From the IMG/VR virus record IMGVR_UViG_3300033062_002302: 64,000 nt of DNA; one strand, 5' to 3'. The stretch is from a virus. Taxonomy: Duplodnaviria > Caudoviricetes. This document shows, piece after piece, positions 39,552-50,071 of the stretch. Position numbers and translations under genes: made by a program. Numbering within the stretch: the stretch's first letter is position 1; each line of letters begins with the position of its first letter. Below the pieces are notes generated by a model, which worked only from the letters and a program-made list of their open reading frames with translations, searched no databases and was not told where the DNA came from.

Positions 39552-42500
39552 ATGACCAGTAACTTCCCCAATACGCCGGATGACGATGTCTCCCTTCCGC
39601 GCGTAGAAAACAATATTACAGAAATCGGCAGCGAAGCAATTAATGCTTTACGCGATGCTGTTTTTAATATTGAAGAAGAAATTGGAACTATTTTAGACGG
39701 TTATTCTGCTCGCGGGTCCAAAAACTCTATTGGCGCTCGCTTGGGTGTATCTATTGAATATGATGGAACTATAAAGCCATCTGCTTTAACAAGCTTGGGT
39801 CTTGTTACCCTTCCAATTACCAATAGTCAAATTTCTGCTTCAGCCGCCATTGCCGAATCAAAATTAAATCTTGATTACAGCACTTATTCGCTGTATAATT
39901 TAATTTCAAATGTTAATACTTCCGTTAATACAGCTTTAAATTTTATTACTAATACTGGATCTAAAGTTGAGCCTCATTTAAGTGGAGCTGGATTTAAACA
40001 CACGTTATCTCACATTAACGTTGGTGCCACGTCAAGTTTCTTTAAAAATAAGAAAGCCCTTTTTAGAAATAACACGAACCTTTATACTCTTCTTGATGAT
40101 ATTAACTCGGATTATGTTGGACATCAAAAAGCAGATGGGACAGTTTTAGCAAGTGATGTAACAAGCTTGTCAACTGGAACGGTTCCTCCGGATAATTATG
40201 CACACGTTGCTGCTGGTATTAATATTAACACCAATAATTTTTCATTTATTCCTCAAACTGCCAATGATTTACAGCAATTTGCTCAATTTATTGACAATTC
40301 AAATATATTTATTCTTGGAACTAGAATTCAAACATTATACAATAATGGTATTCCAAGAGCGTCTAGGTCTTCGGCTTTAAATACAAGTGTTTCTGGTCAA
40401 AATATTATTCTGGAATCATTAGGAACGACCTATCTCCTAGATTCAGGAAGCTCGGTTCCAGTTGATAATATTGATACTGGCGACGATGTCATTTCATTAA
40501 CCCCAACCTCAGGAACAGCAAATCATACCTTTGACGCCAAGTTTGCTTTAGTTAAAGCTGGCGATATCGCAACGGTTAATTACGGAAATGTTTCTGTTTC
40601 TTTTATTATTAAAGAAAAGAAATATGTTGTTTCTGGTTTAAATAAGACTTACATAATTAGAATTAATGGCAAAAACTTATTGCCAACGACTTCTGCTCAA
40701 GTTAGCATTGATCGTCCATTATTCAATACAGACAAACAAGGTGTTTTGGCTCTTGGTATCGCTCCATTGCCAGCGGCTTTGCCAGGCGTTTATCCATCTT
40801 TAACTGTTGGCAATCCTCGTGGAGCTGAGGTTGTAAGCGTTGCTTTTAACCCCGATCTTTTGGATGGAACTCATTACAATCTTTATCTTCAACTCTTCTC
40901 TACCGGCAATCCATCAGAGTCTACTTTAAGTTTAGCTGCGGTTGATGTCACTGGTAATCTTGGAACGACTCCAGGAAGTTATACCCTTGATTCTGTTGTT
41001 GAATCGATGAATGCTGCTTTCAGAAAGCCAGGATTCAATTATCGTTTCATGGCTTTTTCTTATAAAGGCGAATTAGGATTAATGTTGTCTGATTCGGTCG
41101 GAGGAGCCAGCTTCTCTATTATTTCAGGAGCCGTCGCTTCTTCTGGAGCTTATGATCAAACTTTAACCAACACTTTATATCCAAATAACGTTATTGGATT
41201 ATTTGATGGAAAAGACGGGTTAGGCTTTGGACCATCTAATGCTGCGGTTGCGAGCCCCGCTTATGCTAGTAGCTATTCAACGTCAGATGCCTCTCAGGTT
41301 CCAACTAAAATTTTCGTTCCATTAACCAAGAAAACGTATTATGTTAATGGAGTTGAACGAGAGCGCCTTAACTTAGAGCCAAATCAATCAATTGATGGTT
41401 ATGGAGATGGATACTGGGAAGCAACAATTACGGCTAAAGTGATTGTTCCTGGAACAAGAGTCAAAGTTACCTATCAGGTTAATGCTGATTTAACAACTTC
41501 TAGTCTTAAGCCAGGCAAAACGATTCTAATTCAAAAAGAATCTTCTGGAACCCAATCAGATTTTGGTCGATATGTTATCGAAGATATGCAATTTAACAGT
41601 TGCATTTGTGATGGTTACACCGAATATGTTACTTTAACCGTTTATGATGCCGTTCATGGAACAGGAATTACACCATACTTAAGCTCTAACGTTGGAACTA
41701 AGGTTAGAATTTATTATTCTGGTGATTCCGTTAGCTTTAATAATCAAAATGTTAATGATGTAAGCGCGTTTACAGATTACAAGCGCTCTTTTGAAATTTT
41801 GATTAATCAGAATGGTTTGACCTTCTCGCATGAACGCGCTCGAATGAATGTAACCGGAGCAACTCAGATTGTCAATGGAGTTTCTCTTTATAGCTCATCA
41901 GAACTAGCTTTTGCCAATATCTATAGGGTTTCTCCAAAACTTCGTGGCTATTCTTTTGCTTCAGTTAAAAAAATTAACTTAACAATTACAAGTTATAACG
42001 TTAACTCTGGAACTTTTTCAGGCTATCTATGCCGTTGGGACGGTTCCGTTGAAACGAGTCTTGGTCCTGTAACAGTAGGTAAAAAAGGACAGGTTGTTAG
42101 ATTCTATGATGAAACAAACATTGATTTCATTGATATTATCTTTAATCAAAATGATGCTGTTCCAGCTATTAACGCAACAAGAAGAATAGACATTCAATTA
42201 TTTGGAACATTATCTCTTGATGACGAAGTTATGCTTCTAGGAACGTGTCAGGTTGCTGATAGCGTAAAGAAAATTACATATTTGCGCGATGAACGTCAAT
42301 TTGGTAACGTTAGTGAAAAACAATTAACTAACTCTGCTCTTGATTATATTGCTGCACCAACTCAGCTTCTTTCTGAAAATGGAATCATACGCGGATTTGA
42401 CGTTGTTAGTATCCCATCGGGAGCTAATCCATATCCTAACGTTGTCGCCGTTAAAGGCGGAACAGCTGTTATTAATGGTAAAATCATTCAAGTTAACCAC

Positions 42501-44012
42501 CAAAACATAGCGTTGCCAGTTGTACAAGAAACGTTATATCCAGCCTTTACAACGAACGTCAATACAATTAATTGGTTTGTATGTGTTAATGATAAAGCAG
42601 AATTAGAATTAGTTGCGAATACTGATTATGATTCAAGCGTTACGACTTATTCTGGATTAGGTCTTGATCATACACGAATGTTTTATGTTCAAAATCCAAA
42701 TCTAACAACGCCGGTCCCTTATTGTATTAAAGGAAACTATTTAGACTCTTTAATTAATACTAATAAAGATTTGGTTCCGATTGCTTTAATAACCGCCACC
42801 ATTTCCTCTCCTTCTGGCACTTATGTTATTACTTCTTGTACATCATTAGATGTTCGTAGATTTATTGGAAATGGCTATGCTGGAATGGATAATGTCTTTA
42901 CTCTTGGACAAAATGCCAACTTTAGAAGCATGGAGTCATTAACAACTTGGCTAAATCAGCTTATTAATTTGAATTCAAAAACTACTACCAGTAGTCTTGG
43001 TAAAACTGTTTTAGTCAAAGGTATTAATACAATATCTTCTTCCTACTATTTAGATTATAAATCTAAGGTTACATTTAAGGGAGACAATGGTTCTTTTAAT
43101 GTGACTACAGGAACTGGATTTAATCTTGGAAGCAATGTTACTTTTGAAGATTTAAATATAAATTATAATTATGATGCAACTGCCGATGGAGCTTTTGACA
43201 ATGCTAAATTAATTAATTTCAGCAAGTCTTGTTTTAAAATGACTGGATCATCAACTCCATTAAAAAATATTAATTTTAATAATTGCATATTTGCATCGCC
43301 ATATGATAAGAGATTTTCTTTTATTAGTTGTGTTTTATCTGGACAATCAGACCAAGTAGAAAATTTAGTTATTAAAAATAATAGATTTGAAACAACGGCA
43401 ACAAGCCCTGGTTCATTAGCTGATAATGATGCTGTAATTGCAATTGTTACGACTAATACGACAGCTCCAACCAGTTTAACTGGCGCTCGATTGACTAATT
43501 GCACTATTGAAAATAATATTTGCAATAAAAATCAAATGATTGCTATTACGGCTCCATATGGAGCAACTATTGTAGACGCAATTGTTCCTGTTAATTTAAA
43601 GATTGTTGGAAATACATGTGGAGCTATTAACTTTTGCTTTAAACAAGATATTCCTTTAAGCACCGTTAATCCAGATGTTTTATCTGATAAAGAGGCTAGT
43701 GCGTTGATATCAAACAATAATTGCAGATACATTTATACTGGCAATAGCTCGGGATACATTAATGAATCGGCAACATCTAATAGAATGATTTCTAAATTAG
43801 CGTTTTATACTCCAAACATTACTATTTCAGAAAATACTGTTAGTTGGATTCATACTGGTCAGAGAATTCCTCTTAATTATGTTAGAGAAAACGCAAGTTT
43901 TATTGTTAGAAACAATAAATTAACGGCTTATCCAACAGCTTTGCTTGATATTTATTGGACAGGCATTTCCGGATTGAATTACGCAATGATTACAGATAAG
44001 GCGGTCGGATAA
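39552..44012 (+). CDS. Large structural protein (collar/fibre, C-terminal beta-helix-like region)
   Basis: N-terminal FP...DD...INALRDAVFNIEEEIG neck/fibre-type helix; N/T/S-rich beta repeats; four DGY. Confidence 0.6.
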   Translation: MTSNFPNTPDDDVSLPRVENNITEIGSEAINALRDAVFNIEEEIGTILDGYSARGSKNSIGARLGVSIEYDGTIKPSALTSLGLVTLPITNSQISASAAIAESKLNLDYSTYSLYNLISNVNTSVNTALNFITNTGSKVEPHLSGAGFKHTLSHINVGATSSFFKNKKALFRNNTNLYTLLDDINSDYVGHQKADGTVLASDVTSLSTGTVPPDNYAHVAAGININTNNFSFIPQTANDLQQFAQFIDNSNIFILGTRIQTLYNNGIPRASRSSALNTSVSGQNIILESLGTTYLLDSGSSVPVDNIDTGDDVISLTPTSGTANHTFDAKFALVKAGDIATVNYGNVSVSFIIKEKKYVVSGLNKTYIIRINGKNLLPTTSAQVSIDRPLFNTDKQGVLALGIAPLPAALPGVYPSLTVGNPRGAEVVSVAFNPDLLDGTHYNLYLQLFSTGNPSESTLSLAAVDVTGNLGTTPGSYTLDSVVESMNAAFRKPGFNYRFMAFSYKGELGLMLSDSVGGASFSIISGAVASSGAYDQTLTNTLYPNNVIGLFDGKDGLGFGPSNAAVASPAYASSYSTSDASQVPTKIFVPLTKKTYYVNGVERERLNLEPNQSIDGYGDGYWEATITAKVIVPGTRVKVTYQVNADLTTSSLKPGKTILIQKESSGTQSDFGRYVIEDMQFNSCICDGYTEYVTLTVYDAVHGTGITPYLSSNVGTKVRIYYSGDSVSFNNQNVNDVSAFTDYKRSFEILINQNGLTFSHERARMNVTGATQIVNGVSLYSSSELAFANIYRVSPKLRGYSFASVKKINLTITSYNVNSGTFSGYLCRWDGSVETSLGPVTVGKKGQVVRFYDETNIDFIDIIFNQNDAVPAINATRRIDIQLFGTLSLDDEVMLLGTCQVADSVKKITYLRDERQFGNVSEKQLTNSALDYIAAPTQLLSENGIIRGFDVVSIPSGANPYPNVVAVKGGTAVINGKIIQVNHQNIALPVVQETLYPAFTTNVNTINWFVCVNDKAELELVANTDYDSSVTTYSGLGLDHTRMFYVQNPNLTTPVPYCIKGNYLDSLINTNKDLVPIALITATISSPSGTYVITSCTSLDVRRFIGNGYAGMDNVFTLGQNANFRSMESLTTWLNQLINLNSKTTTSSLGKTVLVKGINTISSSYYLDYKSKVTFKGDNGSFNVTTGTGFNLGSNVTFEDLNINYNYDATADGAFDNAKLINFSKSCFKMTGSSTPLKNINFNNCIFASPYDKRFSFISCVLSGQSDQVENLVIKNNRFETTATSPGSLADNDAVIAIVTTNTTAPTSLTGARLTNCTIENNICNKNQMIAITAPYGATIVDAIVPVNLKIVGNTCGAINFCFKQDIPLSTVNPDVLSDKEASALISNNNCRYIYTGNSSGYINESATSNRMISKLAFYTPNITISENTVSWIHTGQRIPLNYVRENASFIVRNNKLTAYPTALLDIYWTGISGLNYAMITDKAVG

Positions 44013-45046
44013 TGGCTTTGACGACAACAATGTCTAATACTTTAATTGATGGAAACGTCTTTACTGATGGCTATTCTTCTGCTAATGGCACAACAGTAGT
44101 TCATTCACAGTATAGTTATCTTCTTCTTAATAGTACAGACGCTAAAATTACCAATAATACTTTTTCTGGTCAAGCATCAAACGTTCTTAATGATATGGTT
44201 GAGCTACAAAATTGTAGCACGATGATATCTAATAATAAGTTTTTGAGATTTAATAGCACCGTCAAATCATTTATCAATAATACATCTTCTACGGCAGATC
44301 AAATAATTAAAGATAATTTATTTGATAATTTAACATGCGATAGTTCGACAGATTATGAAATTGTTAAAGGGTTAAATACAACTTCCATTTATAATAGCAA
44401 TAAAAATCAATCGTCTTATGCTTTATTTATGATGGAAGATCAAGGAATTTCAGGGGTTTCTAGTGAACCGTGGTATTGGACTACAACTAATAATTTTTCA
44501 ACTCAAATTACTCAATATTTTGGAACTTCTGAAATAAATAGCGTTTATGTTTTAAATGGTGTCATTCTCACAGCAGGCAATAACGCTGGTTTAAATAGAA
44601 ATTTAAATTTATATGTTAATTTATCTAAATCTTTGCCAAAAAATGTTAAAATATTAGAAAGTCTAATTGGATTTAGATTTAATCAAATTGGTGCAAACCT
44701 TAAAATAGATGAAGCCTCTACTATTTCAACTAATCTTTATAAGACATTAGCTTCTAGGCTAATTAATAATCCATTTTCGACTCCGGCTAATACTTTAGCT
44801 AGAATTCATAGTGGAGTAATTAATAACCTTGAAAGCCCATCTACATCTTCTGTTGTTATTTCTGGACCAGATTATGAAACAACAACGACTAAATATATAG
44901 CCGCCGATTATTCTGCTTTAAATTATATAACTGGCGAAACTCAAGACATTATTATTAATTTTAATTATGATTTTAAGACTGAGGCGTCTTCGGCTGCGTC
45001 AGTTTATTTGCTATCTCCACTCTTAATTAAATATCAGTGGGTCTAA
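44012..45046 (+). CDS. Beta-helix-like structural protein
   Basis: I.(G/N)N.F repeats continuing the pattern at the end of the previous ORF; coupled via TAATG. Confidence 0.55.
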   Translation: MALTTTMSNTLIDGNVFTDGYSSANGTTVVHSQYSYLLLNSTDAKITNNTFSGQASNVLNDMVELQNCSTMISNNKFLRFNSTVKSFINNTSSTADQIIKDNLFDNLTCDSSTDYEIVKGLNTTSIYNSNKNQSSYALFMMEDQGISGVSSEPWYWTTTNNFSTQITQYFGTSEINSVYVLNGVILTAGNNAGLNRNLNLYVNLSKSLPKNVKILESLIGFRFNQIGANLKIDEASTISTNLYKTLASRLINNPFSTPANTLARIHSGVINNLESPSTSSVVISGPDYETTTTKYIAADYSALNYITGETQDIIINFNYDFKTEASSAASVYLLSPLLIKYQWV

Positions 45047-45844
45047 ATGGCAATTAATAATTTCTTCATTTCGGATCTTCCAAAGATCTATAATGTAGTT
45101 CAAAATTCAATGATTGTTTATCCTAAGGAATTGGCAATTGCCGTTCTACGGGACCATTTTTCTGATGATAGCTATTATCATTTCTCTAAAGACGCCTGGG
45201 GTTTCCCTAATACCCCAGATCATACCGATCTTCCAAGCGAAGCCGGAATCAATGATAACGTTACAACGCGTCTTTTTATTGGAGAAAATTACCGTGATAA
45301 TGTAACCTATTTTCCAGCCATTTTGATTAAAAATTCTGGAATGAAGTCAGTTCCAATTGGATTGAGCCGCGAAGAAGGCACGGTCAAATGGGGAATTAGA
45401 ACTTTTGATGATGGATATGGAAACCTATCTTTCTTTAAAAATCCTGAGAGTCTTATCTTTGCCGGAGCTTGGGAAGGGACTCTTTCGATTGATATTATTG
45501 CTCGAAGCACTCGAACAAGAGATGAATTAATTCAGGAAGTAGCCCTCTGTTTTACAGACCTTAAATTTAAATTAATGCATAAAGCAGGCGTTCTGTGCAA
45601 ACCTTTAGACGTTTCTTCTCCTACCGAATCTGATGATAGGAACGGAAAGCTTTTTAAACAAACAATTACAATTCCAATTAGAACAGAGTGGAAAAGAGAG
45701 ATTCCAGTTTCAAATATTGTTCAAACTATTAATTTTATTATAGAATTTGGATATTTAGAAGTTCCAGAACCAATTATTGCGCAAAACTTAACGATTAGAA
45801 CTAATATAGAATTATTAGATATTTTGGCAAATTTGGAAGTCTAA
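45047..45844 (+). CDS. Putative tail terminator/completion protein
   Basis: FPAILIK, SIDI.ARS...RDEL; immediately upstream of the sheath gene. Confidence 0.6.
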   Translation: MAINNFFISDLPKIYNVVQNSMIVYPKELAIAVLRDHFSDDSYYHFSKDAWGFPNTPDHTDLPSEAGINDNVTTRLFIGENYRDNVTYFPAILIKNSGMKSVPIGLSREEGTVKWGIRTFDDGYGNLSFFKNPESLIFAGAWEGTLSIDIIARSTRTRDELIQEVALCFTDLKFKLMHKAGVLCKPLDVSSPTESDDRNGKLFKQTITIPIRTEWKREIPVSNIVQTINFIIEFGYLEVPEPIIAQNLTIRTNIELLDILANLEV

Positions 45845-45932
45845 CTAGGAAATACTAATATAACAGTAAATAAGTAATATTTTAGTATTTCAACAGGCAG
45901 AGAAGCAAGCAGCTTTTTACTAAGGATCAAAA

Positions 45933-48683
45933 ATGAGTGGAAATATACCCGGATCAGGTGGAAGTGTTTTACCCGGAACATTTACCGATGTTGTAACCCA
46001 ATCTCGCGGTGCTTCAATTCCCGGTGGTGTCCGGATTGCTGCCATCATAGGCGAAGGTTCTAGAAGCGAAGTTATTGTCTCTTCCGCTCTTGGCGGCGGT
46101 TCAGATGGCTTTAATTCAACTTATACTTCTACCTCTGGAGCAGACGGTCGTCACTTTGTTTTATCTACCGCTCCCGTTATCTCAAATAGAACCTCCCTTT
46201 TCCGAAATGGCTTGCCATTGGTTGGATTAGAGGAAGTTCCTAGCAGCTCAGCTTTTAGCTCTGCTTATGATTATCGTATTGATATAGATACTGGTCGAAT
46301 TGAAATGCAAAAAGCATTTCTTCAGGATCTTGGCGGCGCATTCTTCACTGCCTCTACCTTAAACGTTGGCGATGGTTATATTGCTAATTTAACTCTTTCT
46401 GATGTAAATGCTCCTTCTGAAACCTGGACTATTAAGTGTGTTTCAGTTCAAAGAACGCCACTAAATGCTCCAATTGCTGGAACGGCGAAGTTCGTTGCGT
46501 TTGGTTCAATTTCAGGTCAAAAACTTGATGCGAATGGTAATCCTGTCTTTTGGATTGCAAATGGAACCTCCGCGACTAATGGCGTTTTAACTTTTAATCT
46601 TTGGGAAAGTAATTCTGGAGCGACTCCGCTTCGTGAAGGCGATTTCTTTACGGTTAAAGTCAAGAGCGGTGTTTTATCTAAGAATGATACCTTGACGGCA
46701 TCATATATTCCAACCTTAAGTGTTAATGACCCAGAGTTTTTACAGACTCCAGATGATGTTTTGAATAAACATGGCTTGGCTAGCACGGACAATACTCTTG
46801 CTCTTGGTTGCCAGCTTGCTTTTGCAAACTCAGCTCCTGGAATCATGTGTGTTCAAGCAGCTCCTGCCATGGCTCGTAGGACCTCATTCCTTCTGTCAGA
46901 TGGCGTTAGAGCTTTATCTCAAGATGAGTCAGATTTTATCTTTGCTCTTCCGGTCGGCGTTCAACCATATCTTGACTCACAGATTCACTTCTTTGTCAAG
47001 AACAACACGACCAATGTAGAGACTCAGGTTCTTCCAAACAAATTTGATTATTATCAATTAGATGAATCTGGTCAACCTACGACTAATGATTTTATCTTTG
47101 ATGATACTAATGCTCCTTCCGGATACTCTTTCAGCTATACGGTAGTATCTCTTCCAGCCGCTATTGCGACTGGTCTTGATGGCTATTTGGCTCGGAATAC
47201 GACTGGTGCAGGACATGATGGTATTTTCAGTGGCAATAACTTGTTCGATTCAACTTATGTTGGAAAGACCTTAAAAGTTATCGATGCTAATAACGTTGGT
47301 AACAATGGTTCTTTCGTTGTCACTGCTGTAACCAATGGCGACCTTTACTTTACCCAAGCGACTTTTGCTGATTTTACTTCAGAAAGCTCTGTTTCTTTCG
47401 AATTAATCAATCCTGCAACTGGAGCGGCTTTAGATGACGGCGTTGATGGCGTTCTAACCAATAACATTGGAACTGGAACGGCTTCATTTGCCTCAGCTTC
47501 AGTTGACTTTACTTCCTTTACTCCAGTTGGGAAACGTCTCCAGATTAATGGAACGGATGATAATGACGGATTGTATGATATCACGGTAGTTGATGGTAGC
47601 GATGTCTTAACGATTGCTAAAGTCTTTGTTGAAGAGACTGATTTACGATATGAAGTCATTGATACTGATTCAGAAAGCTTCTATGTTGTCATTAACCATA
47701 ACGTTGTTCCTAATGGATATTCATTAAGAGTCAATTTGGTTGATGATCGTGACGCCAGCTTCTATGATACTGGTTGGATCAATGCTCTTGAATCTCTTGA
47801 GACTCAAGAAATTGATATCTTGGTCGCTCTTCCGAAACAAACGATTTCAGCTATCTTCCAGAATGCTCTCAATCATTGTAAGACGATGTCAAACATTGTC
47901 AACAAGAAAGAGCGCGTTTTATTCTGCGGAGCTATCTCAGGCTTGAAGCCAGCAAACTTGACCGGCGCACAACCTGCGGCAGTTGAAGACATTGGATTGC
48001 TTGAGGGACTTCAAGGCGATGAGCCTTCAGAAGTCTTAGCGGGTTCTATCGAGGATTTAACGAACTATTCAGTTCCAGATTCTTTCGGAACGACCTTTAG
48101 AAGCACCTATTTCTATCCTGACCAGATTGTTGTTCAGGCTGGAACAGATAACGTTCTTTTAGATGGTTTCTATATAGCAGCGGCAGCGGCTGGGTATCTC
48201 TCAGCTTCAACCAATGTTGCGATTCCATTGACCAACAAGACTCTTTCTGGATTCACGATTCTCCGGAGTCGTCAGTATAGCAACTTGGTCTTGACTCAGC
48301 TTGTTGAGGCTGGTGTTACGGTCCTTCAGCCGATTGCGGGTGGTGGACGAGTTATCTGGGGTCTAACGACCACTCAGAGCGGATTCGTAGAAGAACGTGA
48401 AATCAGCATTGTTTTCATTCGAGATCGTGTAGCTAAATCTCTTCGTGGAGCATTCAATGGATTCATTGGTCTTCCAGAAGATTCTACTACGATTGCAACG
48501 CTATCAGCACGAGCAATTGGAGCGATGAACGCTTTCGTTTCTCAAGGATTGATTACGGCGTTTAAAGATGTAAATGTTGAACGAGATTCAGTTGACCCTG
48601 GGCAATGGAATATCGCGGTGAAAGCACAGCCAACATATGGAATTAACTTCATTTATATTAAAGTAAGCCTCGGCTTGTTATAA
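45933..48683 (+). CDS. Contractile tail sheath protein
   Basis: N-terminal PGTF; AIIGEG; HCK.MS....KER; C-terminal WG.TT...EISI..IRD...P.Y.INFIYI. Confidence 0.9.
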   Translation: MSGNIPGSGGSVLPGTFTDVVTQSRGASIPGGVRIAAIIGEGSRSEVIVSSALGGGSDGFNSTYTSTSGADGRHFVLSTAPVISNRTSLFRNGLPLVGLEEVPSSSAFSSAYDYRIDIDTGRIEMQKAFLQDLGGAFFTASTLNVGDGYIANLTLSDVNAPSETWTIKCVSVQRTPLNAPIAGTAKFVAFGSISGQKLDANGNPVFWIANGTSATNGVLTFNLWESNSGATPLREGDFFTVKVKSGVLSKNDTLTASYIPTLSVNDPEFLQTPDDVLNKHGLASTDNTLALGCQLAFANSAPGIMCVQAAPAMARRTSFLLSDGVRALSQDESDFIFALPVGVQPYLDSQIHFFVKNNTTNVETQVLPNKFDYYQLDESGQPTTNDFIFDDTNAPSGYSFSYTVVSLPAAIATGLDGYLARNTTGAGHDGIFSGNNLFDSTYVGKTLKVIDANNVGNNGSFVVTAVTNGDLYFTQATFADFTSESSVSFELINPATGAALDDGVDGVLTNNIGTGTASFASASVDFTSFTPVGKRLQINGTDDNDGLYDITVVDGSDVLTIAKVFVEETDLRYEVIDTDSESFYVVINHNVVPNGYSLRVNLVDDRDASFYDTGWINALESLETQEIDILVALPKQTISAIFQNALNHCKTMSNIVNKKERVLFCGAISGLKPANLTGAQPAAVEDIGLLEGLQGDEPSEVLAGSIEDLTNYSVPDSFGTTFRSTYFYPDQIVVQAGTDNVLLDGFYIAAAAAGYLSASTNVAIPLTNKTLSGFTILRSRQYSNLVLTQLVEAGVTVLQPIAGGGRVIWGLTTTQSGFVEEREISIVFIRDRVAKSLRGAFNGFIGLPEDSTTIATLSARAIGAMNAFVSQGLITAFKDVNVERDSVDPGQWNIAVKAQPTYGINFIYIKVSLGLL

Positions 48684-48691
48684 TATGAAAT

Positions 48692-49396
48692 ATGTTATTA
48701 ACAAAAATTTGCGCTAAATGCAAGCTTGAACTCGACACTTCTCTTTTTCATAAGAGAAATAAATCTAGTAATGGATTCAAACCGCGTTGTAAAAAATGCA
48801 CTAAAGAAGATAATTTAAAAAATTCTGATAAAATAAAATTACAAAGATTAAATTTTAGAAAGAAAAATAGAAAAAGATTAGTTCAAGATACTAAAAAATA
48901 TGTTGAAAATAATAAAGAAGTCAGAAAAGAATATGAGCGAAATTATTATCTTTTAAATAAAAATAAAATTTTGGCTAAAAATAATATATATACAAAAATT
49001 AAAAGAAAAACAGATCCGTTTTTTAGATTGAGAGGGCAAATTACTAATGCAATTAGTAGGGCTTTAAAACTACAAAATGGATCTAAAAATAACGAATCCT
49101 GTATAAAATATTTACCATATACTATTTTTATGTTAAAAGAACATATAGAATCATTGTTTGAGCCTTGGATGAATTGGCAAAATCAAGGAATGTATCCTAA
49201 TAAAACTTGGGTTGATGAAGACCAATCTACCTGGGTCTGGAGTTTAGATCATATTATACCTCAATCTACTTTACCATATTCAAATATGAATGATGAGAAT
49301 TTTATTAAGTGTTGGTCTCTTGATAATTTAAGACCATATTCCGCTAAACAAAATTGGCTTGATGGAATTAATAAAGTAAGGCATAAGACAATATAA
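48692..49396 (+). CDS. HNH homing endonuclease
   Basis: K.C.KC...F.K......CK.C; LKEHIESLFEPWMNW.N.G...W.LDHIIP...CWSL.NLRP....N. Confidence 0.8.
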   Translation: MLLTKICAKCKLELDTSLFHKRNKSSNGFKPRCKKCTKEDNLKNSDKIKLQRLNFRKKNRKRLVQDTKKYVENNKEVRKEYERNYYLLNKNKILAKNNIYTKIKRKTDPFFRLRGQITNAISRALKLQNGSKNNESCIKYLPYTIFMLKEHIESLFEPWMNWQNQGMYPNKTWVDEDQSTWVWSLDHIIPQSTLPYSNMNDENFIKCWSLDNLRPYSAKQNWLDGINKVRHKTI

Positions 49397-49432
49397 TTAG
49401 TGAAAGTTAATTAGTTTCAGGAGATTTAAAAA

Positions 49433-50053
49433 ATGGCTTCTTACCCGTCCACAGGCAGTACACTAAATGGCTCACAAGGTAATGGCAATAAAACCAGTAC
49501 CGGTGTTTCAACTAGCATTATAATTAAAGTTGGTCCCAATACTGTTGGAGCCATTCAGGAACTTTCTGTCTCTGAAAGTCGAAATATCAAAATGATTCAG
49601 GAAATTGGAACAGATGGAAATATAGATTCAGTTCCAAATTCAGCGACTGAAATCACCGGAAGCTGTAAACGAATTCGATTTGATCGGATGCGAATTGCAG
49701 AATCATTGGGTCGAGGCTTTTTGCATGCCAAATCGCAACGTGTTGGTTTCAATATTGAAATTATTGATACTTGGAATGGCGATGGTTCGGCATCTCTGAT
49801 TACGACTCTAACCAATGTCTGGATATCTAAAATAGATTTTTCTTTCAGCTCACAAGACTGGGTTATTGCGGATACTATGCAATGGAAAGCTGAAGATATT
49901 TCAACTCACTTCCCGAATGGCTCTCCTGGTGCAACGGGTGGTGAACGTAACCTTCAATTGGCAATCGACCCAATTGAACAGCTAACGGATATTGGTGGTC
50001 GTCGCGGAAGTTTGGACGCTGGCGGGCTCCTAAAAAGCTTCCTCCCATATTAA
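49433..50053 (+). CDS. Tail tube protein
   Basis: I.V....VGAIQ.L...E.R......EIG.D; located after the sheath. Confidence 0.75.
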   Translation: MASYPSTGSTLNGSQGNGNKTSTGVSTSIIIKVGPNTVGAIQELSVSESRNIKMIQEIGTDGNIDSVPNSATEITGSCKRIRFDRMRIAESLGRGFLHAKSQRVGFNIEIIDTWNGDGSASLITTLTNVWISKIDFSFSSQDWVIADTMQWKAEDISTHFPNGSPGATGGERNLQLAIDPIEQLTDIGGRRGSLDAGGLLKSFLPY

Positions 50054-50071
50054 TGCGTTATATCAGTAAGT

